Positions 25,402 through 34,901 of a DNA stretch of 64,000 nt are shown piece by piece. Each line of letters begins with the position of its first letter. Within the stretch, counting starts at the first letter, position 1. The translations under genes and the position numbers were made by a program. Source of the DNA: Chiayiivirga sp. (lineage in GTDB: Bacteria > Pseudomonadota > Gammaproteobacteria > Xanthomonadales > Xanthomonadaceae); assembly GCF_022647565.1 (NCBI RefSeq), contig NZ_JALCLA010000001.1, one strand, 5' to 3'. The notes below the pieces were generated by a model. The model made no database searches and had not been told where the DNA came from. It saw only the letters and a list, made by a program, of their open reading frames with translations.

Positions 25402-26247
25402 ATGGCGGCAAACCCGGGCAGGGCGTGGCATCGCCTCGCGTGGCGGCAGGGTATTGCGCGGCGCACGGGCGTCGACGTCGGCGACGTGCCCACTTCGCGG
25501 CACTTCGATGCGCCCGTCTGCCGCAACTGCGGCGCGCCCCTCGCGACGCGGTTCTGCGGCGAGTGCGGACAGGAAAAGGCCAGTCGCCTGGGGAAGCGTG
25601 CGGTTGGCAGTGAAGCCTGGCAGAGCTGGCGATGGTTCGAATGGGGCGTGGTGCGGGCCGCCTGGCGCCTGACCACGCAACCCGGCGTCGTGGCACGCGA
25701 GTACGTGCTGGGGGTGCGCAGGCGCCACATGCATCCGCTCAAGCTGCTGCTGCTCGCCATCGGCGCGATGTTGCTGGTGCTGGCGCAGGCGAACTACTTC
25801 GATTCGGCCAATGCCGACGTTTCGCCCGCGATGGAACTGATCCGGGCCTGGTCCAACTGGGCTTTCTCGCTCACCATTCTGGCCTTGCTGGCCGGCTCGT
25901 GGCTGGCCTTCGCGCGTCGCGGCGGGTTCAACGTGGTCGAGCACCTGGTGCTCGCGGTTTACTGCCATGTCCTCGTCATCGGCGCCAGCATCCTGAGCAA
26001 GTTGCCCTTGCTGGTCTGGCGCGCACCGGGCTTCCTCGCCGCGCACAAGGCGGCCTCGGCGTGGTTCATGGATGCGGTCGGCGCGCTCGTCCTGGGCGTG
26101 GCCTGCACGCAATTCTTTCGCCTCGATCCACGCCGCGATGCCGGGCGCCTCGCGTTGGCCGCAATCGCCTTCCTGGGCGCGAAGTGGGTGCTGCTGCGCG
26201 CTTATGCGTGGGCCGTGGCCAAGTCAGTCCTCGCGCCGTGGGCTTGA
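25402..26247 (+). CDS. DUF3667 family protein (N-terminal zinc ribbon plus 4-5 TM)
   Basis: CRNCGAPLATRFCGECGQ zinc ribbon followed by HPLK and hydrophobic helices; high GC3. Confidence 0.7.
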   Translation: MAANPGRAWHRLAWRQGIARRTGVDVGDVPTSRHFDAPVCRNCGAPLATRFCGECGQEKASRLGKRAVGSEAWQSWRWFEWGVVRAAWRLTTQPGVVAREYVLGVRRRHMHPLKLLLLAIGAMLLVLAQANYFDSANADVSPAMELIRAWSNWAFSLTILALLAGSWLAFARRGGFNVVEHLVLAVYCHVLVIGASILSKLPLLVWRAPGFLAAHKAASAWFMDAVGALVLGVACTQFFRLDPRRDAGRLALAAIAFLGAKWVLLRAYAWAVAKSVLAPWA

Positions 26248-26289
26248 ATCCTTCCACTCCATTCCCGCACCGACACGGAGTACACCCGC

Positions 26290-28032
26290 ATGAACCTTTG
26301 TCTCGTCTCCCCGCCGCGCAACGCGCTGGCGTTGGCCCTGATGGTTTGCCTGAGCGCCTGCGGTGGCAGCGCCGCCGATGCCGCGGGCGAGCGCGTCGCC
26401 GCGCATGCGCCGCGAAACGCGTCCGCGCAGCCTCCGGCCATTGCTGCCGACGAACGTGAAGCCGCGCTCGCGGACGAGATCGCCGCCAACCTTCAGGCCT
26501 GTTCCTACGACGGCTCGCCGGTCCGTGTCGTCAGTGATCAGTTTGGCGCGAGCCTGCCGTCCGATTGCCGCGACATGGTGGCGCAGATCATGAAGTTCAC
26601 CGGCTTGCCGCAGAACTTCAAGGTGATGGAAGCGCCGGTGCCGAACGCGGCAGCGGTGATCATGCTCGATGCGCAGAAGATTCCGCAGCGCGTGATCGCG
26701 TTCAACCGCGACTTCCTGGACATCGTGCGCTCGGCCACGGGCGGCAACGCCTGGGCGCCGGTCAGCATCATGGCGCACGAGATCGGGCATCACCTGTCCG
26801 GCCACACCATCACGCCCGGCGGCAGCCAGCCGCCGACCGAACTGGAGGCCGACAAATTCTCCGGCTTCGTGCTCTACAAGATGGGCGCCACCCTGGACGA
26901 CGCGCAGAAGGCGATGGCCACGCTCGTGGCCGAAGGTCCGGACGGCGCGACGCATCCGGGCCGCGGCAAGCGCCTGACGGCGATCAGGGAAGGCTGGGTG
27001 CAGGCCTGCGAGCAACAGGGCAAGGACGACTGCGCCAGCGGCACCGGCCTCGCGGCGCAGCAAGCACCGCCGACCTCGTCCGGACCCCACAACCCGGCGT
27101 CGCTGCCGGATGTGCCAATGCCCGCACCTGCACCGATCGCGACGGCGCCAATCGCTGCGGCGACGAACGTGGTCGATCGCCTTCCTGCACCGGGTTCCAC
27201 CCCGGCCAAGTTCGACCGCTTCATCTACGACGAGTACGGCTATCTCGATCCGACCTGGCGCGCGAAGTTCGAGCAGGAGATGTTCGGACATGCACGCCAG
27301 TCCGGCGTCGAGATCGTCACCTTGCTGGTGAAGGACCTGCATGGCTTGAGAGGCGATGACTACGCGCTGGCGATGATGCGGCAATTGCGCGTCGGCAAGC
27401 TCGACGTGGGCAATGGCGCGTTGCTGGTGGTGGCGCCGGCGCAGAATCAGGTGGGCATCGCCATGGGCCCGGGCGTGGCGCTGGAAATGCAGTGGCACGA
27501 CAAGAAGGCGCAGTTGCAGCGCTGGGTCGACAGCGCGTGGACGAACTGCGAGCGCAAGCGCGCCTGCGGCCTCTGGACCGAGAATTTCATGCTGGCCTCC
27601 GATCACATCCGGCGCGATACCGACGACATGGAATGGACCATCCGCTATTCCAGCCTGGGCGAGCTGATGACCACCTACAACGCCTACAACGACGCCCGCC
27701 GCGACAGTGACGCCGGATTCGATGCCGATGCCGACCCGTCATTCCGGAAGATCGCCCAAGTCGAAGGGGTGGTGGTGGCAACCGACCTGTCCGCCGACTA
27801 TCCCGCCGCCTTCGTCAACGCGCACAAACTCGAGCGCGCCCGGGCAGTGCATCTCCGCTCCGGCGACTACACGGCGGTGCTGTACCTGGCGCCGGGCAGC
27901 GAGAGCCTGATGCCCGCCGGAGCCTTGCAGCCGGGCCATCGCTATCGCTTCACCTCGCGCGTGGACAGCCTCAGCTGGAATCCGAAGGACACGCAGTCCT
28001 TCGATGCCTTGAGCTACGACCGGATCGATTGA
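26290..28032 (+). CDS. Multidomain lipoprotein: HExxH zinc-metallopeptidase-like domain + TPM (TLP18.3/Psb32/MOLO-1) domain + C-terminal domain
   Basis: Lipobox LSACG. MAHEIGHHLSGH...TELEADKF (HExxH plus downstream Glu). The central segment FIYDEYGYLDPTWRAKFEQEM...VEIVTLLVKDL...GALLVVAP resembles a TPM domain. Confidence 0.75.
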   Translation: MNLCLVSPPRNALALALMVCLSACGGSAADAAGERVAAHAPRNASAQPPAIAADEREAALADEIAANLQACSYDGSPVRVVSDQFGASLPSDCRDMVAQIMKFTGLPQNFKVMEAPVPNAAAVIMLDAQKIPQRVIAFNRDFLDIVRSATGGNAWAPVSIMAHEIGHHLSGHTITPGGSQPPTELEADKFSGFVLYKMGATLDDAQKAMATLVAEGPDGATHPGRGKRLTAIREGWVQACEQQGKDDCASGTGLAAQQAPPTSSGPHNPASLPDVPMPAPAPIATAPIAAATNVVDRLPAPGSTPAKFDRFIYDEYGYLDPTWRAKFEQEMFGHARQSGVEIVTLLVKDLHGLRGDDYALAMMRQLRVGKLDVGNGALLVVAPAQNQVGIAMGPGVALEMQWHDKKAQLQRWVDSAWTNCERKRACGLWTENFMLASDHIRRDTDDMEWTIRYSSLGELMTTYNAYNDARRDSDAGFDADADPSFRKIAQVEGVVVATDLSADYPAAFVNAHKLERARAVHLRSGDYTAVLYLAPGSESLMPAGALQPGHRYRFTSRVDSLSWNPKDTQSFDALSYDRID

Positions 28033-28076
28033 CGCGCGCGCCGTGCCGAGGCGGAGCCGGCAGCGGATCGGGTGGG

Positions 28077-29006
28077 CTATTTCGTTGCGGCGACCCGCAC
28101 CGGGATCGGCACGTTGCACAACTCGACGTGCCCGACCGGATCGAGGAACCAGTCTTCGCGGCGGTGGCGGCGCGCTTCCACCAGGCGTTCGAACGCGGCG
28201 GTGTCGGTGCGGAACACCTCGATGTTCACCCGGTCGCTCTCGGGGAGGTCGCTGGCAAGCCGGATTGACGCGATCGGCACGCGCTGCTCGGCCTTCTCGT
28301 AGAAGCCGAGCGCACCGCTGCCGCGCGGCAGCACCGACAACACCTCCATGCCCTGCAGCACGCGGCCGACCAGGGTGATGTTGCGATCCAGGTGACGCGG
28401 CGCATGGCCGATCACGACGTAGAGTTCCGCCCCGTTGCTGGAATCGGCCGCCATGTCGCGGCCGGCACCGACCATCGCGTAGCAATGTGCCATCCAGGCC
28501 GTGCCGCTGGCCGGATCGCGCGCCGCGGGAAAGCCACCCGACCAGCCGGCTTCGGGTGCGTAGATATCGCCGTCGGCGAGCAGGGTGAAGGGCAGGTTGG
28601 CGGCCTTGCGCACGAACTCCGCTGGCAGTTTCGTCTTGGCCTGCGTGAACGCACGCGCGCTGTCCTCGCCCGCGTTCGGATCGCCCCATTGCACCACGTA
28701 GTTGTCCTGCGAGCGCAGGATCGCGAGGCCATCCCAGTAGTGCTCGCGCGCCAGGGCGCGGAGGTTGTCGGTGTGTGCCGGGGCGAAAGCAGAGGCGAGT
28801 TCGATCACCACGCGCCCGCCGGGCAAGTCGAGGTAAAGCGTGTCTTCGGGCGCGGGCCGGCGCCAATCCGAGGCCTTTGAGCCGGCGATCACGTCGGCCG
28901 TGGTGGGTGGCCGGTCCGCGCTCGGCGCAGGCTGCGCCTGAGCCACGCCTGCGGCCAGCAACAAGGCCAACATCGTCGAACCACGCCCGCTGCGCGAAAT
29001 CGTCAT
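28077..29006 (-). CDS. Cyclophilin-type peptidyl-prolyl cis-trans isomerase, secreted
   Basis: Signal peptide MLALLLAAGVAQA; cyclophilin core motifs (HYWDG, VIGHAP..., MAHCYAMVG). An alternative start at the internal ATG 28973 is possible. Confidence 0.85.
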   Translation of the reverse strand: MTISRSGRGSTMLALLLAAGVAQAQPAPSADRPPTTADVIAGSKASDWRRPAPEDTLYLDLPGGRVVIELASAFAPAHTDNLRALAREHYWDGLAILRSQDNYVVQWGDPNAGEDSARAFTQAKTKLPAEFVRKAANLPFTLLADGDIYAPEAGWSGGFPAARDPASGTAWMAHCYAMVGAGRDMAADSSNGAELYVVIGHAPRHLDRNITLVGRVLQGMEVLSVLPRGSGALGFYEKAEQRVPIASIRLASDLPESDRVNIEVFRTDTAAFERLVEARRHRREDWFLDPVGHVELCNVPIPVRVAATK

Positions 29007-29138
29007 CTGAGTATTCCCGAATCGAACCTGCGCGCAAGGTTAGCCGCTCGCCGTTGACGCCGCGAGCCGGCGGGTCGAGCCAGGTCGGCAGCAACCGCAC
29101 TATATTGCGAACCCATTCCGTTACCTTGCCGCCAGCGC

Positions 29139-30944
29139 ATGAGCCACAGTCCTCTGGTTGATCGCCGCCACCTCGACTTTGTCCTGCATGAACTGCTCGG
29201 CATCGAGGCGCTCACGCGCTGTCCGCGTTTTGCCGACCACAACCGCGAAACCTTCGACGCCGCCATCGAGCTGGCGCATCAGCTCGCCGTGGGCACCTTT
29301 CTCCCGCACAACCGCCAGTCCGACCTCAACGAACCGCAGATGGTGGACGGCAAGGTGGTGCTGATTCCGGAGATCGAGGCGGCGCTCAAGGCCTTCAACG
29401 AGGCCGGCTTCATGGCGTTGCTGGCCGACGGAGCCGATGGCGGCATGCAGCTGCCCTTCGTGGTGGCCTCGGCCTGCGATTCGATGTTCTCGGCGGCCAA
29501 TCCCGGCACCATCGCCTATCCGGCGCTGGCACGTGCGGCCGCCAACCTGCTGCAGGTCTACGGCAACGAAGAGCAGCGCCGGCTCTACATGAAGCCGATC
29601 ATCGAGGGCCGCTACTACGGGACCATGTGCCTGTCGGAACCGCAGGCCGGTTCATCGCTGGCCGACATCAGGACGCAGGCCGAGCTGCAGCCGGACGGCA
29701 GTTACCGGATCCGTGGCGCCAAGATGTGGATCTCGGCCGGCGACCACGAACTGGGCGAGAACATCGTGCATCTGGTGCTGGCGCGGATCGTCGGTGCGCC
29801 GCCGGGCGTGCGCGGCATCAGCCTGTTCATCGTGCCGCGCTGGCGCGTGAACGGCGATGGTTCGCGCGGCGAGCGCAATGACGTGCGCCTGGCGGGCGTC
29901 AACCACAAGATGGGCCAGCGCGGCAGCGTCAACACCTTCCTCAAGTTCGGTGAGGCGGGCGACTGCCACGGCCAGCTGGTGGGCGAGCCGCATCAGGGTC
30001 TGGGCTACATGTTCCACATGATGAACGAAGAGCGCATCGGTGTCGGCATGGGCGCGGTGATGCAGGGCAGCGTCGGTTACCTGTACTCGCTGCAGTACGC
30101 GCGTGAGCGCCGCCAGGGTCGGCACCCGGACCAGAAGGACCCGAACGCGCCTCCGGTGGCGCTGATCGAACATGCCGACGTGCGGCGCATGCTGCTGCAA
30201 CAGAAGTGCTGGGTGGAAGGGGCGATGGCGCTCGGATTCTTCGCTTCGCAGCTGGTCGATCAGGCGCAGGATCCAGACGAATCCGTGCGGCGCGAAAGCG
30301 GCCTGCTGCTCGACCTGCTCACGCCCATCGTCAAGGCCTGGGGTTCGGAGTACGCCCTCAAGGCGAACGATCTCGCGATCCAGATCCTCGGTGGTTACGG
30401 CTACACCCGCGAGTACCCGGTGGAGCAGTGCTGGCGCGATAACCGCATCAACCCCATTCACGAAGGCACCAACGGCATTCAGGCGCTGGATCTGCTCGGG
30501 CGCAAGGCGATGATGCTGGACGGCGCGGCGGTGAAGCTGCTGCTGCAACGCATCGGCGCGAGCGCCAGCGAGGCGAGTTCGGTCGAGGATCTGAAAGCAC
30601 TGGGGACGCAACTGTTGGCCGGCGTGACGCTGGCCGGCGAGGTCACCGCCAGCGTGGGGCAACGCCTGGCGGCGGGCGAGGTGCGTCTCGCGCTGGCCAA
30701 TGCGCACCACTACATGCATCTGCTCGGGCATCTTGTCATCGGATGGCTGTGGCTGCGCTCGGCCATGGTGGCGAGCCGTGCCTTGCCGGCGGCATCGGCC
30801 GCGGACGCGGATTTCTATCGCGGCAAGCTGCAGGCCTGCCGGTTCTTCTTCGCCACCGAGTTGCCGCAGATCGAACTCGCAGGACGATTGGTGCGCGATG
30901 CGGACGCTTCCGCGCTGGCGATGGAGCCGGCCTGGTTCCACTGA
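29139..30944 (+). CDS. Long-type acyl-CoA dehydrogenase (~600 aa class)
   Basis: ACAD N/M/C domains (YGTMCLSEPQAGSSLA, GAKMWISAG, GGYGYTREYPVEQCWRDNRINPIHEGTNGIQ) plus a C-terminal extension. Confidence 0.88.
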   Translation: MSHSPLVDRRHLDFVLHELLGIEALTRCPRFADHNRETFDAAIELAHQLAVGTFLPHNRQSDLNEPQMVDGKVVLIPEIEAALKAFNEAGFMALLADGADGGMQLPFVVASACDSMFSAANPGTIAYPALARAAANLLQVYGNEEQRRLYMKPIIEGRYYGTMCLSEPQAGSSLADIRTQAELQPDGSYRIRGAKMWISAGDHELGENIVHLVLARIVGAPPGVRGISLFIVPRWRVNGDGSRGERNDVRLAGVNHKMGQRGSVNTFLKFGEAGDCHGQLVGEPHQGLGYMFHMMNEERIGVGMGAVMQGSVGYLYSLQYARERRQGRHPDQKDPNAPPVALIEHADVRRMLLQQKCWVEGAMALGFFASQLVDQAQDPDESVRRESGLLLDLLTPIVKAWGSEYALKANDLAIQILGGYGYTREYPVEQCWRDNRINPIHEGTNGIQALDLLGRKAMMLDGAAVKLLLQRIGASASEASSVEDLKALGTQLLAGVTLAGEVTASVGQRLAAGEVRLALANAHHYMHLLGHLVIGWLWLRSAMVASRALPAASAADADFYRGKLQACRFFFATELPQIELAGRLVRDADASALAMEPAWFH

Positions 30945-31100
30945 AGCTGGCTCGTACGGCCGGCGACTCTGCCCTCATCGCCCTTGGTCACCTTTCGCGG
31001 CCTGCACCCGGAGTGCATTCGTGTTCGAGGCTCCGCTTGTGGTGAGCGTCACGCCGCAGGCCTGGAGTCGAAGGTTGCGTTGTCATTCAATGCCGAGGGT

Positions 31101-31145
31101 CAGAACGAACCAAGAACGGGGTAAGAACGGGGGTAAGAACGGGGT
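31101..31145. repeat. Tandem direct repeats (A)AGAACGG(G) x3-4, with an inverted copy CCGTTCTT ~90 nt downstream
   Basis: CAGAACGAACC-AAGAACGGGG-TAAGAACGGGGG-TAAGAACGGGG, in the 340 bp untranslated region upstream of the flotillin-like gene. Confidence 0.4.
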
Positions 31146-31285
31146 CAGAGTGACTTTCCAGATCGGTGACCCGGGCGGATGGTCGCCTGGCGTTTGAGCT
31201 GCAGAACGTCACGTTTACACCGTTCTTCGTTGCAGTCCGGCGCCAGCCTATACTGCAGCCCCCCACCTCGCCCGATGGACGTGCC

Positions 31286-32716
31286 ATGTTCGAGTTGCTC
31301 GGTTCCTCGCTCATTCTGATCGTGGTTGTCGCGGTTGCGGTGGTGATTGGCGCCAGCCTGTTCTTCTGGGTGCTCGGCCTGCGCCGCGTGGTGCCCGTGA
31401 ACGAAGTCCACATCGTGCAGTCGCGCAAGCACACCGTGTCCTACGGCAAGGGCTTCGAGAGCAATACCTACTACGAGTGGCCGTCGCGCATTCCGCTGAT
31501 CGGCCTGACCCGGGTCACGCTGCCGGTGTCGAACTTCGCGATCGACCTGCCCGACTACGCCGCCTACGACAAGGAACGCGTGCCCTTCCTGGTGCACGTG
31601 ATGGCGTTCTTCCGGATCGAGGATTCCAACACCTCCGCGCAGCGCGTGGCCTCGTTCCACGAGTTGAAGGAGCAGCTCACCGCGATCGTGCAGGGCGCGG
31701 TGCGCACCGTGCTGGCCGGTCACGAGATCGACCAGATCATGCTCGATCGCAGCCGCTTCGGCGAAGCCTTCACCAAGGAAGTGCAGCCGCAGCTCGGCGG
31801 CTGGGGCGTGCTGGCGATCAAGAACATCGAGCTGATGGACATCCGCGACAGCAAGGATTCGGAAGTCATCCAGAACATCATGGCCAAGCGCACTTCGGGC
31901 ATCGAACGCGAATCGCGCCTGGTGGTGGCCGACAACACGCGACAAGCGGAAATGGCCGAGATCGCCGCCAAGCGCGAGATCGAGATGTCGCGCCAGCTGG
32001 CAGCCGAGCAGGTCGGCCTGCGCACCGCGGAGAAGGACAAGAACGTCGGCGTCGCCAACGAGCAGGCCTCGCAACAGGTGAAGGTGCAGCAGCGCGAAAC
32101 CGCGGCCAAGGAGATGGATGTGCTGCAGGTCAAGAACGTGCGCGGTGCGGAAATCAGCCGCGAGGTGGCGGTGATTGCGGCGGCGCAGGCCAAGGACGTG
32201 GCCATCGTCGAAGCCGATGCCGCGCGCCAGGTGTCGGTGGTGACGGCCGAGGCTGCCAAGCAGGTCGCCATCGTCTCTGCCGAAGGCCAGAAGCAGCAGA
32301 CCGTGTTGACCGCCGAAGGCCAGCTCGAGGCCGCCAAGCGCAATGCCGAAGGCATCGCCGCCGAGGGCAACGCCAAGGGCCAGGCCGAAACCGCGATCCT
32401 GATGGCGCCGGTGGACGCGCAGATCAAGCTGGCCGAGAAGATCGGCAGTGACAAGGGCTATCAGGAATACCTGCTGGGCATCCGCAACATCGAAGCGGTG
32501 CAGGCGGTCGGCATCGCGCAGGCCGAAGCGCTCAAGAGCGCCGAGGTCAAGGTGATCTCCAACAGTGGCACCCCGAGCAAGGGCCTGGCCGGCGTGATGG
32601 ACCTGTTCTCGGCCAGTGGCGGCACCTCCGTCGCCGGCATGCTCGAAGCGCTGGCGCAGTCGCCGGAAGGCAAGAAGCTGCTGGACAAGTTCGCCAAGCC
32701 GGGCGACGAGAAATAG
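31286..32716 (+). CDS. SPFH/band-7 flotillin-like protein (YqiK-type)
   Basis: N-terminal TM followed by an SPFH domain, then a long Ala/Glu/Gln/Lys-rich coiled-coil region with repeated AAEAAK/AEGQ-like heptads. Confidence 0.85.
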   Translation: MFELLGSSLILIVVVAVAVVIGASLFFWVLGLRRVVPVNEVHIVQSRKHTVSYGKGFESNTYYEWPSRIPLIGLTRVTLPVSNFAIDLPDYAAYDKERVPFLVHVMAFFRIEDSNTSAQRVASFHELKEQLTAIVQGAVRTVLAGHEIDQIMLDRSRFGEAFTKEVQPQLGGWGVLAIKNIELMDIRDSKDSEVIQNIMAKRTSGIERESRLVVADNTRQAEMAEIAAKREIEMSRQLAAEQVGLRTAEKDKNVGVANEQASQQVKVQQRETAAKEMDVLQVKNVRGAEISREVAVIAAAQAKDVAIVEADAARQVSVVTAEAAKQVAIVSAEGQKQQTVLTAEGQLEAAKRNAEGIAAEGNAKGQAETAILMAPVDAQIKLAEKIGSDKGYQEYLLGIRNIEAVQAVGIAQAEALKSAEVKVISNSGTPSKGLAGVMDLFSASGGTSVAGMLEALAQSPEGKKLLDKFAKPGDEK

Positions 32717-32859
32717 CCGGGCGCGGACTCACCTGAGCGGCGGCTCGCGCCACGCAAGCCGCGCCGACATCGACCTGGGCCCGAGTCGCACCGGCCCGGA
32801 CTCCTCCGATTCGCCGCAAGCCGGCCGGGCGGGTTGCCGCGTTGACGACTGAATATAGC

Positions 32860-32880
32860 TGTGTATATCATCTATACACA
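32860..32880. promoter_or_regulatory. Perfect palindrome TGTGTATA-tcatc-TATACACA, overlapping a sigma70-like promoter; probable GntR operator
   Basis: Lies 22 nt upstream of the gntR ATG. TTGACG (32842-32847), a 16 bp spacer and TATATC (32864-32869) overlap the palindrome. Confidence 0.5.
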
Positions 32881-32901
32881 CTAGGTTCGGCCCCGTCCTT
32901 G

Positions 32902-33318
32902 ATGCGCGAAACCCTGCTCCTGTCGCAGCACTCCAGCACGCCGATGTATGCCCAGATCGTGGAGCAGATCGTCGCGAAGGTGGTGGCGGGCGCGTGGCCG
33001 CCGGGACACGCCCTGCCGTCGATCCGCGAGCTGGCCAGCGCCAGCCAGACCAGCGTCATCACAGTGAAGCGCGCCTATCTGGAGCTGGAACGCGGCGGGG
33101 TGATCGTGACCCGGCAGGGCAAGGGCTCGTTCGTGGCCGACACGCTGGACCTGCCCCGGACCCGCGCGCTGGAAGAATTCCGCGCCCACCTGGCCAGGCT
33201 GCTCAATGTCGCACGCACCCTCGGGTTCGGGCGTGACGACATCCTCGCGCAAGTCGAGGACGCGCTCTCGCAACTCGCCGACGCATCGGCGCCGCCCCCC
33301 GATTCCTCCGAAGACTGA
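32902..33318 (+). CDS. GntR-family regulator (YtrA subfamily: short protein with winged HTH)
   Basis: HTH signature LPSIRELASASQTSVITVKRAYLELE; only ~138 aa. Confidence 0.8.
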   Translation: MRETLLLSQHSSTPMYAQIVEQIVAKVVAGAWPPGHALPSIRELASASQTSVITVKRAYLELERGGVIVTRQGKGSFVADTLDLPRTRALEEFRAHLARLLNVARTLGFGRDDILAQVEDALSQLADASAPPPDSSED

Positions 33319-33323
33319 CCGAC

Positions 33324-34208
33324 ATGACTCCCGCCCTCGCACTGACCGGCGTATCCAAGCACTACGACACGTTTGCCCTGCACGACATCAACCTCCGCCT
33401 GCCTGCGGGCCAGGTCATGGGCCTGGTCGGGGTGAACGGCGCCGGCAAGTCCACGTTGCTGCGACTGTTGATGGGATTGATCAAGGCGGATCGCGGCGAG
33501 GTGGAGGTCTTCGGCCAAGGCTTGCCCGAGGCGCAGGTCACGGTGAAGCGCGACATCGGCTATGCCTCGGACGACATGCGCCTGTACCGCGGCCAGACCC
33601 TGCGCTGGCACATGGACTTCGTGCGCAGCATCTATCCGGGCTGGGATGAATCCTACGCTGCCGAACTGTGTCGCCGCTTCGATCTCAGGCCGGAGCAGAC
33701 GCTCGGCGGCTTCTCGCACGGGCAACGGGTGAAAGCCCTGCTGCTGTTGATCTTCGCCCGCCATCCACGCTTGCTGTTGCTGGATGAGCCCACCACCGGG
33801 CTCGATCCGGTCGCGCGCCTGGAAGTGCTGGAATCGCTCGCCGAGGTACTGCGCGACGAGCAGCGGTCGGTGTTGTTCTCGTCGCACAACACGGCTGACA
33901 TCGAGCAGGTGGCAGACTCGATCACCTTCCTGCATCAAGGCCGGATTCTCGCATCGCAGGACAAGGACGCCTTCCTCGATCGTTGGCGGCGCGTGCTCTG
34001 CCAAGGACCGTGGAGCGAGGCGATCGCCGCATTGCCGGGCGTCGTGTCGGCTCGCCACAGCGCGCCGATGATCGAACTGAAGGTCGACCAGTACGGCGAG
34101 GCGCTGTTGCCACGCCTGCAGGGTCTGGGATTTTCCGTGACTTCGGTCGAGCCGATGTCGCTGGAAGATATCTTCGTCACCACCGTGCGCGGAGGCGCAG
34201 TCCAATGA
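33324..34208 (+). CDS. ABC transporter ATP-binding protein
   Basis: Walker A GVNGAGKST, signature FSHGQRVKA, Walker B LLLLDEPTTGLD. Confidence 0.9.
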   Translation: MTPALALTGVSKHYDTFALHDINLRLPAGQVMGLVGVNGAGKSTLLRLLMGLIKADRGEVEVFGQGLPEAQVTVKRDIGYASDDMRLYRGQTLRWHMDFVRSIYPGWDESYAAELCRRFDLRPEQTLGGFSHGQRVKALLLLIFARHPRLLLLDEPTTGLDPVARLEVLESLAEVLRDEQRSVLFSSHNTADIEQVADSITFLHQGRILASQDKDAFLDRWRRVLCQGPWSEAIAALPGVVSARHSAPMIELKVDQYGEALLPRLQGLGFSVTSVEPMSLEDIFVTTVRGGAVQ

Positions 34209-34891
34209 GCTTGCGGATTTCGGACCGGACCACGGTTGCCCGGTTGATCGTCAAGGACTGGCAGGTCTACCAGAAGCAGCTCGCGGGGTACGTCGCAGGC
34301 CTGCTGTTCGCACTCGGGCTGATCGGCATGGGTTCGCCGCTCGTGTCGGCAGCCGGTGGGCTGTTGCTCCTGGTGCTGCTGATCGTGGTGGGAATGTTCG
34401 CGATCGCGTCCTCGATCATGGCCGAACGCAAGGAGCAGACCCAGCCCTTCGTGATGAGCCTGCCGGTGACGCCGATGGATGTGTTCTGGGGCAAGTTGCT
34501 GGCCAACCTGGTGATCTATCTGGTGCCGTTCCTGTTCGTGACCGGCGGTATGGTGGGCCTGATCCTGGCCACGCCGAGTCCCGACGGCACCGTGCCGTGG
34601 GTGCTGCTGATCGCGTTGTTCGTGCTGGTGAATTTCATCGTCTCGCTGTGCGTGGCGATTGCGGTGGAGTCGGAAGGCTGGAACACGTTCGCGATGCTGG
34701 CGCTGATGACCCTGATCGGGCCCTTCATCTACTGGGTTACCTGGATGGGCGGCATCCGCGAGCATCTGCAGGGCGATGCCATCGTCTGGAGTCCGCAGGT
34801 CCTGGGGCTGATCGGGGGCGAACTGGCGGTCATGGCCATCGCCATACTCGCCGCCAGCTGGGTGCACGCGCGCAAGACCTCCTTCCTGTGA
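34205..34891 (+). CDS. ABC-2 type transporter permease
   Basis: 6 TM; ATGA overlap with the ATPase gene. The track ORF starts further upstream in a poorly coding region. Confidence 0.7.
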   Translation: MSLRISDRTTVARLIVKDWQVYQKQLAGYVAGLLFALGLIGMGSPLVSAAGGLLLLVLLIVVGMFAIASSIMAERKEQTQPFVMSLPVTPMDVFWGKLLANLVIYLVPFLFVTGGMVGLILATPSPDGTVPWVLLIALFVLVNFIVSLCVAIAVESEGWNTFAMLALMTLIGPFIYWVTWMGGIREHLQGDAIVWSPQVLGLIGGELAVMAIAILAASWVHARKTSFL

Positions 34892-34901
34892 GTGCGCGCC
34901 G

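Noticed and set aside
25116-25613. 166 aa ORF as a complete gene (signal peptide plus hydrolase)
   Set aside because: Only about the first 65 codons look coding. The remainder is overlapped by the better-supported DUF3667 gene in another frame. It was downgraded to a possible remnant.
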